Shown one piece after another: positions 1 to 6,616 of a DNA stretch of 10,762 nt (positions within the stretch are counted from its first letter, which is position 1; each line of letters opens with the position of its first letter). The stretch is taken from positions 1-10,762 of the IMG/VR virus record IMGVR_UViG_3300005977_000052; one strand, given 5' to 3'. The notes beneath the pieces are model-generated. The model was not told the origin of the DNA. It was given only the letters and a program-made list of their open reading frames with translations, and did not search any database. The position numbers and the translations under genes were made by a program.

Positions 1-510
1 CATACCTGGGACTATTCCGTGGATTTCCTCGAAGCCAAGAAAGTCCTCATTAACGCATACAAACAGCTGTTTGATCTAAACTTGATGCCCTACGAGGCGT
101 ACGTTGCCATCCTCCTCATACAACTAACCAACGGATCCAGAATCAAAGAAGCGATAAGGGCGTTTAAGACGTTCGTAGAGTCAGGGCAAAGAGAGTTCCA
201 GTTAGAGGCTGAGAAGCACGGTAACACAAGGGTCTTCATTATTCATGAGGTTATCAGGAACAGGCTAGCGTATAAATCGATACTGACAATCTCTGACGAC
301 AAACTAGAAGCCAGAATAAGGATGTTTGCACTGAAGTACCTGAAATGTAACACACATTCTCTTCGTTATGCACTAATCTCCTTCCTTGCAAAAAACGGCA
401 CAGACCCTGCAATCATCGCGAAGATAACGGGACACAGAGATTACAGATATATTGTAGGGTACACACAGACAAAAGACGCCATCGATATTTTGCGTAAGCT
501 TTCTTCCTAG
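1..510 (+). CDS. Tyrosine recombinase/integrase, catalytic domain; possibly 5'-truncated by the window edge
   Basis: Complete R-K-HxxR-H-Y catalytic set in the 163-aa ORF: GSR(41)IKEA, K66, H113SLR116, TGH139, Y148. Frame 1 is open from base 1 (HTWDYS-VDFLE), so the GTG at 19 may not be the real start. Confidence 0.92.
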   Translation, partial: HTWDYSVDFLEAKKVLINAYKQLFDLNLMPYEAYVAILLIQLTNGSRIKEAIRAFKTFVESGQREFQLEAEKHGNTRVFIIHEVIRNRLAYKSILTISDDKLEARIRMFALKYLKCNTHSLRYALISFLAKNGTDPAIIAKITGHRDYRYIVGYTQTKDAIDILRKLSS

Positions 511-565
511 CTATCTTGACTACTTTTTTAAGCATATAATTCATATTATATAATCAGGTGAAAAG

Positions 566-778
566 ATGGTGGAACTAAAGTTACGCTGGAGGATTAAGAC
601 AACTAAGAAAAACGGTAAAATATATCCAATATACTATATAAGCGTCCCAGGACGTTCAGCTATATTTCTGTTGGATTATGAGCCATACCTAGACCCAGTA
701 AACAAGGTAATCGTTTTTAAACCTAAACAGACTAGCACCCAACAGAACAGTACCCAAGACCAACCCCAAAGTCAATAA
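566..778 (+). CDS. Small putative DNA-binding protein, AbrB/SpoVT-like swapped-hairpin regulator
   Basis: Pattern RIKTTKKNGKIYPIYYISVP...KVIVFKP resembles the AbrB beta-hairpin (basic turn, YxIxIP, C-terminal IVxKP strand). Low-complexity Q/S/T tail. TATA-like TTTTTAAG near 525-532 and RBS AGGTG at 556-560. Confidence 0.55.
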   Translation: MVELKLRWRIKTTKKNGKIYPIYYISVPGRSAIFLLDYEPYLDPVNKVIVFKPKQTSTQQNSTQDQPQSQ

Positions 779-806
779 TTCTTTTCTTTTTCCCTTCTCT
801 CTTTTT

Positions 807-822
807 AACAGCTGTTTTAAGA
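807..822. repeat. Palindromic motif copy AACAGCTGTT-TTAAGA
   Basis: Seen directly; follows the T-rich terminator of the 566-778 gene. Confidence 0.9.
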
Positions 823-836
823 TGCTCTGCTCGTAG

Positions 837-871
837 TTCCCGTCTAACTTGTTGTGCAGAAATTTTAAATA
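837..871 (+). promoter_or_regulatory. Operator-like palindrome plus BRE/TATA promoter, copy 1
   Basis: TTCCCGTCTAAC-TT-GTTGTGCAGAAA (837-862), then TTTAAATA (864-871), 24 nt before ATG 895 (leaderless geometry). Confidence 0.85.
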
Positions 872-894
872 CCAGTCCTAACAATAGTTAAACA

Positions 895-1086
895 ATGACG
901 CCCCAGGAAGAAATAATAAAGGAAATCATAAATATGTTAGAAAAGGACTTCAGCCAGTTGCAGAAAATCGTCTATGAGATTATTAATACGAAAAATAATT
1001 TGGACAGGAAGAAGCTAGGAGAAGCATATTTTATCACACAGAAAATCGATATGGAACTATATAGATTAATTCTCTCTGTTACCTAA
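895..1086 (+). CDS. Hypothetical 63-aa helical protein; paralogue of the C-terminal domain of ORF 1611-2048
   Basis: Has its own promoter and terminator. Shares LE..L..VYEI...DR.K..EAYF..Q.I...L with the 145-aa protein. Confidence 0.85.
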   Translation: MTPQEEIIKEIINMLEKDFSQLQKIVYEIINTKNNLDRKKLGEAYFITQKIDMELYRLILSVT

Positions 1087-1103
1087 AAGCCAACCCGTTT
1101 TTT
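1087..1103 (+). terminator. Conserved oligo-T terminator AAGCCAACCCGTTTTTT
   Basis: Directly after the stop codon. Identical copy at 2047-2063 and a variant at 1423-1442. Archaeal terminators are oligo-T tracts. Confidence 0.75.
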
Positions 1104-1118
1104 ATTCACTTATTCTGC

Positions 1119-1132
1119 AAAACAGCTGTTTT
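1119..1132. repeat. Perfect 14-bp palindrome AAAACAGCTGTTTT
   Basis: Seen directly. Confidence 0.95.
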
Positions 1133-1161
1133 AGAGTTTCATTGGATGCCAAGCCCGTTAG

Positions 1162-1196
1162 TTTCAGCCTAACAAGTTGGACAGAAAACTTAAATA
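1162..1196 (+). promoter_or_regulatory. Operator-like palindrome plus BRE/TATA promoter, copy 2
   Basis: TTTCAGCCTAAC-AA-GTTGGACAGAAA (1162-1187), then CTTAAATA (1189-1196). The downstream TAAATACCAGTC is shared with copy 1. Confidence 0.88.
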
Positions 1197-1229
1197 CCAG
1201 TCTTAACACAATAGTAATGAGGAGGAAAA

Positions 1230-1418
1230 ATGATAGTAGAAGTTAAGAAAAAAGAAGATATAGTACAATTTTTAATTAATTCAAACGACACAGTAGAAAT
1301 TCCTATGAAAGAATTTTTGCAATGTATTAAGATTAAAAAAGAACTAGGTTATGGCTCTTCTGCAGAAAGAGAAGCGATTTTCAATTATATTTTATATAAA
1401 AAGTGTACCTTAACATAG
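1230..1418 (+). CDS. Hypothetical 62-aa protein
   Basis: Strong RBS GAGGAGG just upstream, own promoter, and terminator at 1423-1442. Confidence 0.8.
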   Translation: MIVEVKKKEDIVQFLINSNDTVEIPMKEFLQCIKIKKELGYGSSAEREAIFNYILYKKCTLT

Positions 1419-1422
1419 ACAC

Positions 1423-1442
1423 AAACCAATCCGTTTTTTTTT
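1423..1442 (+). terminator. Terminator variant AAACCAATCCGTTTTTTTTT
   Basis: Variant of the 1087/2047 terminator, 4 nt after the stop codon. Confidence 0.7.
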
Positions 1443-1457
1443 ATCCTTTCTCCTAAC

Positions 1458-1469
1458 AAACAGCTGTTT
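1458..1469. repeat. Palindrome AAACAGCTGTTT
   Basis: Seen directly; followed by TAAAGA. Confidence 0.95.
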
Positions 1470-1544
1470 TAAAGATGTGTTCGTCGTACCCAGCCCTCGA
1501 CCTGCTCCTTGTTTTGTGAGGCAAGGTCTGTCGTTCGTTCGCCA

Positions 1545-1579
1545 TTTCAGCCTAACTAGTTAGACAGAAACTTTATATA
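1545..1579 (+). promoter_or_regulatory. Operator-like palindrome plus BRE/TATA promoter, copy 3 (most symmetric)
   Basis: TTTCAGCCTAAC-TA-GTTAGACAGAAA (1545-1570) with perfect core CTAACTAGTTAG, then TTTATATA (1572-1579). Confidence 0.9.
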
Positions 1580-1610
1580 TCATGAAAGCAAAATGTATAC
1601 TGGGTAAAAT

Positions 1611-2048
1611 ATGGCAAAGTTAAGTAGGAGGGAATTCCAGAAAATGAAAAAGAGAGCAATAGTACAACTCAGGCATCTTGTGCTAGGGTATTATATTGGA
1701 ACGTTTACTGACGAGAACTGTATTAGGATGAACATGGGTTACGATCAAATCGAAGTTATAAATGTTCCTCAGGTACCGTTTCGTACTAAAAATGGGAATC
1801 TTGTTGTAATCGAAGCTAGAATAGTAGTTACCGGAAACGGAAGTGATAGCATCAACATTTGTGCTGGTGATGTGGAGTTTTTAGAAAATTACATAAACGT
1901 CTTAAAGGAACTTGTTTATGAGATCCAAAGATCGATGCGTGTTCCTAGTTCATTTGATAGAGAGAAAATAAAAGAAGCATATTTCGCTGTGCAAAATATT
2001 CAGAGGTATCTGGAAAAGTTATACCCGTTCGCCGAGGCTGATTCATAA
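1611..2048 (+). CDS. Hypothetical 145-aa two-domain protein (basic N-terminal/beta region plus helical C-terminal domain shared with ORF 895-1086)
   Basis: Own promoter and terminator; internal paralogy with the 63-aa ORF. Confidence 0.88.
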   Translation: MAKLSRREFQKMKKRAIVQLRHLVLGYYIGTFTDENCIRMNMGYDQIEVINVPQVPFRTKNGNLVVIEARIVVTGNGSDSINICAGDVEFLENYINVLKELVYEIQRSMRVPSSFDREKIKEAYFAVQNIQRYLEKLYPFAEADS

Positions 2049-2065
2049 GCCAACCCGTTTTTTTT
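2047..2065 (+). terminator. Conserved oligo-T terminator AAGCCAACCCGTTTTTTTT
   Basis: 17 nt identical to 1087-1103; overlaps the stop codon. Confidence 0.75.
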
Positions 2066-2134
2066 GTTTCCTATTTCTCTCAAGCAGTTGTTAAGACCCC
2101 TTTCTTCTCTCCTTCCACACCTACCTCCCAACAA

Positions 2135-2169
2135 ACTTCTCCTAACTCGTTATGTAGAAAACTTATATA
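2135..2169 (+). promoter_or_regulatory. Operator-like palindrome plus BRE/TATA promoter, copy 4
   Basis: ACTTCTCCTAAC-TC-GTTATGTAGAAA (2135-2160), then CTTATATA (2162-2169). A degenerate AGCAGTTGTTAAGA motif lies upstream at 2083-2096. Confidence 0.82.
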
Positions 2170-2201
2170 GCTGAGTTAGCACACATATATAATGACCAAA
2201 T

Positions 2202-2762
2202 ATGTCCTCTCCACATCCACAGGTTAAATCAAATCCTAAGTCAGATCAAACTACTAATTCTACTCTAACGTGGGAGGAGATCTTACGGGCTACAAGAATA
2301 GATAAACAGCATATAGATTTTGCAATAGCTCATATCGATACTGCACCAGATATGCCGTATGAATTCATTTACAGCAAATATATCCCTTCGGATTTCAAAG
2401 TCTTCCATCCCACTAGTGTTGCGGTTAGCGGGGCAGGAGGAGTGATAGGGTCTATTTTAGCTTTAAGACATGCCAGAGCAGTTAAGTACTTTGTAACAAC
2501 CCAAGAAGTACTGAATTCCAACGACAAATCTCCATTATTTCTAGCGAAGTATGCTTTAGAATTATTAGAGAAAAAATACAGAGATGTAGAAATAATTACA
2601 ATAGACCTTGGTGAGTTCGAGAAAATAAAGATACTGTTAAGTTATGGCGGGATATATATATCAGGGTTGCCTAATGAGATTATCGTTGAGATTGCCCAAT
2701 TAGCGGGTTTTGGAAGATTATGGCATTACTCGCCTATTCATCGAAAGTTCTACGTGTTCTAA
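2202..2762 (+). CDS. Hypothetical protein, possibly a degenerate DnaC/IstB-like P-loop fold
   Basis: Order of motifs VAVSGAGGVIGS (Walker A-like, no Lys), YFVTTQEVL and KYRDVEIITIDLG (Walker B-like) resembles DnaC/IstB by eye only. The CDS is solid; the fold call is weak. Confidence 0.5.
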   Translation: MSSPHPQVKSNPKSDQTTNSTLTWEEILRATRIDKQHIDFAIAHIDTAPDMPYEFIYSKYIPSDFKVFHPTSVAVSGAGGVIGSILALRHARAVKYFVTTQEVLNSNDKSPLFLAKYALELLEKKYRDVEIITIDLGEFEKIKILLSYGGIYISGLPNEIIVEIAQLAGFGRLWHYSPIHRKFYVF

Positions 2763-2779
2763 ATTTCGAGGTGACAACA

Positions 2780-3523
2780 GTGAACGAACAACAGTTTGAG
2801 CCAGAAATAAAAAAATTCAAATGGTTATTGAATAGGGGTTACATTACTCCTAAGGAGCTGGAGTTTTACAGCAACTTTTATCAAATCGAAACGACAACAA
2901 TAGTGAATTTTAAAGGGCATGATGTACTAACTCCGTTGTTTATACTAGCAAAACCCAGCCAATTTAATGACATAAAAAAAGAATTACCCCAAGCAGAAAT
3001 AGCAGACCCGATTTCAAGAAAGTTCCCTGTGGTTTCCTTACTAAGTCTAGAAAAGTTTATCAATTCCCTTGTAAATCTGAAAATACCCTACTTGTTCTTC
3101 TCATTATTCTTACATAATTCGTATAATCCTCCACAACAAGTTCACATACTTTTGTCCGCTTTAATTGAACTAGCAAACATTTCAAATAGACACATCATTA
3201 AACCTTACAACATAAAAATAAAACCTTTGCCGTTAGAAGAGCCTATTCCAGTAAGTAATCAACTGTACAAAATCATTTGCCATTACAAGAAAATGCTAGG
3301 TGAGAGAGTTGAGTGTGACGAGGGAGAATGGTGGAAATATAATCTCTGGGGAAAGGATACTATCAGTACCAGTACAGTTGACAGAAAAGTGATAGAGAAA
3401 TTAGCAGTACAATATAACATATCGCCCATATGTGTTCATTACATAATATATTATAACAAAAACATATGCGGACTTTCGACTGATATCATAAATAAAATAA
3501 AATCCCATCTCTCTTCTTCTTAA
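2780..3523 (+). CDS. Hypothetical protein, possible inactive HhH-GPD/AGOG-like C-terminal fold
   Basis: Preferred start is the in-frame GTG 2780 with RBS GAGGTGA at 2768-2774, which avoids overlap with the upstream gene. Contains PIPVSNQL and EKLAVQYNISPICVHYIIY segments. T-tract follows the stop. Confidence 0.5.
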   Translation: MNEQQFEPEIKKFKWLLNRGYITPKELEFYSNFYQIETTTIVNFKGHDVLTPLFILAKPSQFNDIKKELPQAEIADPISRKFPVVSLLSLEKFINSLVNLKIPYLFFSLFLHNSYNPPQQVHILLSALIELANISNRHIIKPYNIKIKPLPLEEPIPVSNQLYKIICHYKKMLGERVECDEGEWWKYNLWGKDTISTSTVDRKVIEKLAVQYNISPICVHYIIYYNKNICGLSTDIINKIKSHLSSS

Positions 3524-3533
3524 TTTTTTCCCT

Positions 3534-4055
3534 CTACATAGTATTCGTATTCTCCTTTCTCTCTCTTTTTGCTATCTTTTTTGCATCTATCACTTCTACT
3601 ACCCCTTCTTCTTCCAGATATTCTAGCACTGCGTCACTATCATCTATCACTATCGCCTTATCTTGGTCATATTTTTCCATTAGCTCCTTTACAACGATTC
3701 TCTTAAATTCATGATCTTTCCTGAAGTCCTTCTCGCCCCTTAGCACGACCTCGTTCGGCTCTATCCCTATCTCTGACAGTTGTTTGAGAGTAACTTCACG
3801 CTGTTTTTCTGAACGACCGCTGACTATGACGATAACTTCTGGCTTTTCCTCCTCAATTAATCGTTTGACAAACTTGATAACTTCCCACTTAGGTTCGTCC
3901 AAGTTCATGAACCTCGGTGATTGATAACATTCCCAAAACACACGGTCGGGTTTCCAAGATAATGTTTTCTTGTCTCCTCTGGATATCTTCTCGCATTCGT
4001 TCCACCTGGCAGAAGTGTCGAAAAGCGTGCCATCCATATCCAAGACCAGCATCAT
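3534..4055 (-). CDS. HAD-superfamily phosphatase, polynucleotide kinase 3'-phosphatase (PNKP C-terminal)-like
   Basis: Motif I LVLDMDGTL, motif II IVSGR, motif III RKDHEFK, motif IV VIDDS; the LRGEKDFRKD segment is typical of this subfamily. Confidence 0.9.
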   Translation of the reverse strand: MMLVLDMDGTLFDTSARWNECEKISRGDKKTLSWKPDRVFWECYQSPRFMNLDEPKWEVIKFVKRLIEEEKPEVIVIVSGRSEKQREVTLKQLSEIGIEPNEVVLRGEKDFRKDHEFKRIVVKELMEKYDQDKAIVIDDSDAVLEYLEEEGVVEVIDAKKIAKRERKENTNTM

Positions 4056-4630
4056 TTTGCTCCACTCCCTGGTTCCTTAAAACCTAGTATTGTTATTTTC
4101 CCGTTCTCTTCTTTGAACTCTAACTCCTTAGCTTCTCCCTCGACACTGTACACAAAGTAAAACGTTTTGAGACCCTTACCGTCTCTTTCCCACTCCAGTT
4201 TACTACATTTCCCATCAAATCTACTATGGAAGTAGTCTATCGCCTCTTGGTCGTTCTGTTCTTTTGCTATTTTTTCTAACGTTGCAGGGTCAAACGGTTG
4301 ATAGAATAAGTAGACCTTCTTATTGCCTTTTCCATCATCAAAAAAGAAGTATATTCCGTATTTGAACAGGTTAAGGTTTGACGTCGTTATTATTTCACGG
4401 TGTTTCATGATATATTCGTTGTCCGCAACGGCAGAAATATAAAGTGTATCATGTCCGTCACCTATGCCTATACATAGCAGGTTTGTGTGTACGATTTTGT
4501 CGTTTTTGATCCTGTCCATTCTCACATAGAAAGAGATATACGCTACACCTATGACAGGTTTAGCCTGGGGCATGAACCCTTCCACACGCACTATGAAGTA
4601 TTTGTCTATATCGACTTTCGAGTTTACCAT
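4052..4630 (-). CDS. Hypothetical beta-rich protein (about 192 aa), co-transcribed with the HAD gene
   Basis: Preferred start is ATG 4630, 23 nt after a minus-strand TATA TTTTTAAA (4653-4660). Its stop overlaps the HAD start (ATGA, 4052-4055). Confidence 0.8.
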   Translation of the reverse strand: MVNSKVDIDKYFIVRVEGFMPQAKPVIGVAYISFYVRMDRIKNDKIVHTNLLCIGIGDGHDTLYISAVADNEYIMKHREIITTSNLNLFKYGIYFFFDDGKGNKKVYLFYQPFDPATLEKIAKEQNDQEAIDYFHSRFDGKCSKLEWERDGKGLKTFYFVYSVEGEAKELEFKEENGKITILGFKEPGSGAK

Positions 4631-4672
4631 GTTAGATTCTTCGCATGATAGCTTTAAAAAGCAGACTGACAA

Positions 4673-4715
4673 AATGAACGGTAAGCCTCGACCTTTAGGG
4701 TGGGGAGGAGGTTAG
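4673..4715 (+). mobile_element. IS200/IS605-type right-end hairpin remnant
   Basis: AAGCCTCGACCTTTAGGGTGGGGAGGAGGTTAG resembles the Sulfolobales IS605/tnpB right end as I recall it (CCTCGCCCTTTAGGGCGGGGAGGAAGTCAG). Similar copy at 8882-8922. Confidence 0.7.
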
Positions 4716-4720
4716 TTTTC

Positions 4721-4736
4721 AAACATCTGTTTAAGA
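4721..4736. repeat. Palindrome variant AAACATCTGTTT-AAGA
   Basis: One mismatch to the consensus; lies between divergent promoters. Confidence 0.8.
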
Positions 4737-4786
4737 GCAAATCCCTTCTGGTTGGTTTTTAAACCTTTTCTGTGGAAAGTAAAGAT

Positions 4787-5074
4787 ATGAAACCCGAGTG
4801 TAAAGTTCTGTTAAAAGCGTTTGAGATTCTTTCTACAATCCAAAGCAAATACGATAATGATTTTCCGGAGATGTTATCGTACATGTACCTTGTGGTCAAA
4901 GGGTACTGGACTGTTAACAATAACGGAGAAACCGTAGAAGTGGAAAAACCACCGTTTTCGAGTATAGCCCTCTTTAACGCCATGAAGGAGATCACAGAAA
5001 GAGTCAGGAACGGTGCTACAATTGAAGAAATTGCAAACGAAAAGGAACTATGCGGTGATGTTGAGGAGATATGA
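4787..5074 (+). CDS. Hypothetical protein (about 95 aa), first gene of a five-gene operon
   Basis: Preferred start is ATG 4787, 24 nt after TATA TTTTTAAA (4756-4763). ATGA overlap with the next gene. Confidence 0.8.
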   Translation: MKPECKVLLKAFEILSTIQSKYDNDFPEMLSYMYLVVKGYWTVNNNGETVEVEKPPFSSIALFNAMKEITERVRNGATIEEIANEKELCGDVEEI

Positions 5075-5487
5075 CAGTAGCAAATTCAACCGTAATAAAT
5101 GCGTTACCACCCTTTTTCTACACCCAAGTCTTTCTTGTTGACGTTGCAGGTGGATTCGTTGTACTGACAATAATTGAGCTATTTCTGCTAAGAAACAGCA
5201 GTTTGACACATCTGCGACTTGCCTTGCCGTTCCTAACGTTTTCCATCGGCTTTACTCTTATTTCCATATACCTTTCCCCATACGTAACATATAACCCTGT
5301 GTACACCTCGCCGTACAATGTCACATATAGAATTACACCTTACAGTACCGACGGTGCCGTACTCCTATACATCAGTATCGCAGTCCTTGCCATGGCTATA
5401 GCATACTTTGTTTATGCGTTTGCTGTTGATGTATTACACATTTCCTTTGGCAGTAGTAGTGATAATGACGGTTATTTCATACCTTAG
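5071..5487 (+). CDS. Membrane protein with about 3 TM helices
   Basis: Three long hydrophobic segments; N-x-S/T sequons (NST, NSS, NVT); RBS GAGGAG. Confidence 0.8.
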   Translation: MTVANSTVINALPPFFYTQVFLVDVAGGFVVLTIIELFLLRNSSLTHLRLALPFLTFSIGFTLISIYLSPYVTYNPVYTSPYNVTYRITPYSTDGAVLLYISIAVLAMAIAYFVYAFAVDVLHISFGSSSDNDGYFIP

Positions 5488-5490
5488 GGG

Positions 5491-6078
5491 GTGATACCAG
5501 TGTTACTGTTTAAGAAGAAGAAAAAAACATCACCAATCGTCTATAAGGACTATGACGCCTTATTACTTTTGCCTCCAGCGTTAGTCAGCATTGATAAAAA
5601 AACGAAGGTAATAGAAAACAACGGTGTACATGTCGCGATAATGTATTCTGAAACTAGCGGTATTTCCGTGATGATGGACTTACCCACAGATTTCCTGAAA
5701 TTATACTATAAGATGACCACACAGATAAACCAGGGAAACCCGAGTGATAGGATAGTCTATTTTGCAATGGTTTACATTTCTCCGGAAGAGTATGCAAGAA
5801 AGAGAGAGAAAATACTAAAAATTGGTGCGAACGCTAAAAGGAAGTTTTTCGTCTACCCAAGGTGGATCTGGCTCATCCTGGAACGTTATAACGACGCACT
5901 GAATTATTTCGTCATAAACAAATTTGAAGACGACGACCCTGGAAACTTCTCGAAGGAATTTGACACGTTCGGTGCCGTTGGGCTTACCTATAATAATTAC
6001 TTCATTTTCGCCAGCGTTGCGAGGAAGGACTACATAGATTCCGTAAATAAACGGAGATCCCTCGGTCTCTGGTGGTGA
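5491..6078 (+). CDS. Hypothetical protein, 195 aa
   Basis: Long ORF tightly packed in the operon; GTG start; poly-Lys near the N-terminus. Confidence 0.75.
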   Translation: MIPVLLFKKKKKTSPIVYKDYDALLLLPPALVSIDKKTKVIENNGVHVAIMYSETSGISVMMDLPTDFLKLYYKMTTQINQGNPSDRIVYFAMVYISPEEYARKREKILKIGANAKRKFFVYPRWIWLILERYNDALNYFVINKFEDDDPGNFSKEFDTFGAVGLTYNNYFIFASVARKDYIDSVNKRRSLGLWW

Positions 6079-6605
6079 TAATGTCTCTCTCGCATTTGCA
6101 ATCACTCGTTGGGAAAAACGTAATACTGTTCAACTACCTACGTAATGTATTCAAGAATAAGATATACAAAATAGCCGAAAGTGAGGGTGAATACACTCTT
6201 CATGTCGATATGGGGATACCTAGCAGGTTACAGCACAGGATCGCACATCCCGGCATTTACTTTGTCACAGATGTCATGATACAAGGTACTAACTATGCGA
6301 TTTATCTGAAAAAACAAGTAGACCTAAAGAAGTTTGCACTAGTAAGCTCGATAGCAACGTCTGAGTATTACATTTCCTCGTATCGTAAAGTACAGTATAA
6401 AACAAATGGAGGGTACACATTTGACGCTTTAGAATTCGATATAGGTGGGTTTCACCACCTTGTGTTTAATTACAACAAATGTATTATAGCGAAAGTGAAA
6501 AAGTCAGGTCAGAGACGCATCGCCGTATGTCTAGGTGATAGTGTAGTTATAGATGATATAAACAATGTTACGTGTAGTGACTGTGAGTGGTTTAGTGTAG
6601 AGTGA
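6072..6605 (+). CDS. Hypothetical protein with Cys-containing C-terminus (CSDC); real start may be ATG 6081
   Basis: Long ORF in the operon; GGTGGTGA RBS-like sequence before 6081. Confidence 0.75.
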   Translation: MVIMSLSHLQSLVGKNVILFNYLRNVFKNKIYKIAESEGEYTLHVDMGIPSRLQHRIAHPGIYFVTDVMIQGTNYAIYLKKQVDLKKFALVSSIATSEYYISSYRKVQYKTNGGYTFDALEFDIGGFHHLVFNYNKCIIAKVKKSGQRRIAVCLGDSVVIDDINNVTCSDCEWFSVE

Positions 6606-6616
6606 GGTGGTAGACA

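Noticed and set aside
1-565. attP/tRNA-derived attachment site or SSV-type split integrase
   Set aside because: No tRNA-like sequence is visible; any att site would lie outside the window.
779-2201. CRISPR or mini-CRISPR array
   Set aside because: The repeats are separated by whole genes and variable distances rather than ~35-45-nt spacers, and they do not resemble Sulfolobales CRISPR repeats.
1-2201. Canonical integron (IntI plus attC cassettes)
   Set aside because: The AAC/GTT arms are only 2 nt apart, with no long R''-L''-L'-R' hairpin. The genes have their own promoters, and the compact recombinase shows no room for the IntI-specific insertion. Kept only as an analogy.
2720-2779. ORF-track start of the 267-aa ORF
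   Set aside because: Overlaps the upstream gene by 43 nt; GTG 2780 has a clear RBS.
2881-3063. 60-aa minus-strand ORF
   Set aside because: Antisense shadow within a longer CDS, with no expression signals seen.
4759-4995. 78-aa minus-strand ORF
   Set aside because: Antisense to the promoter-supported 4787-5074 gene.
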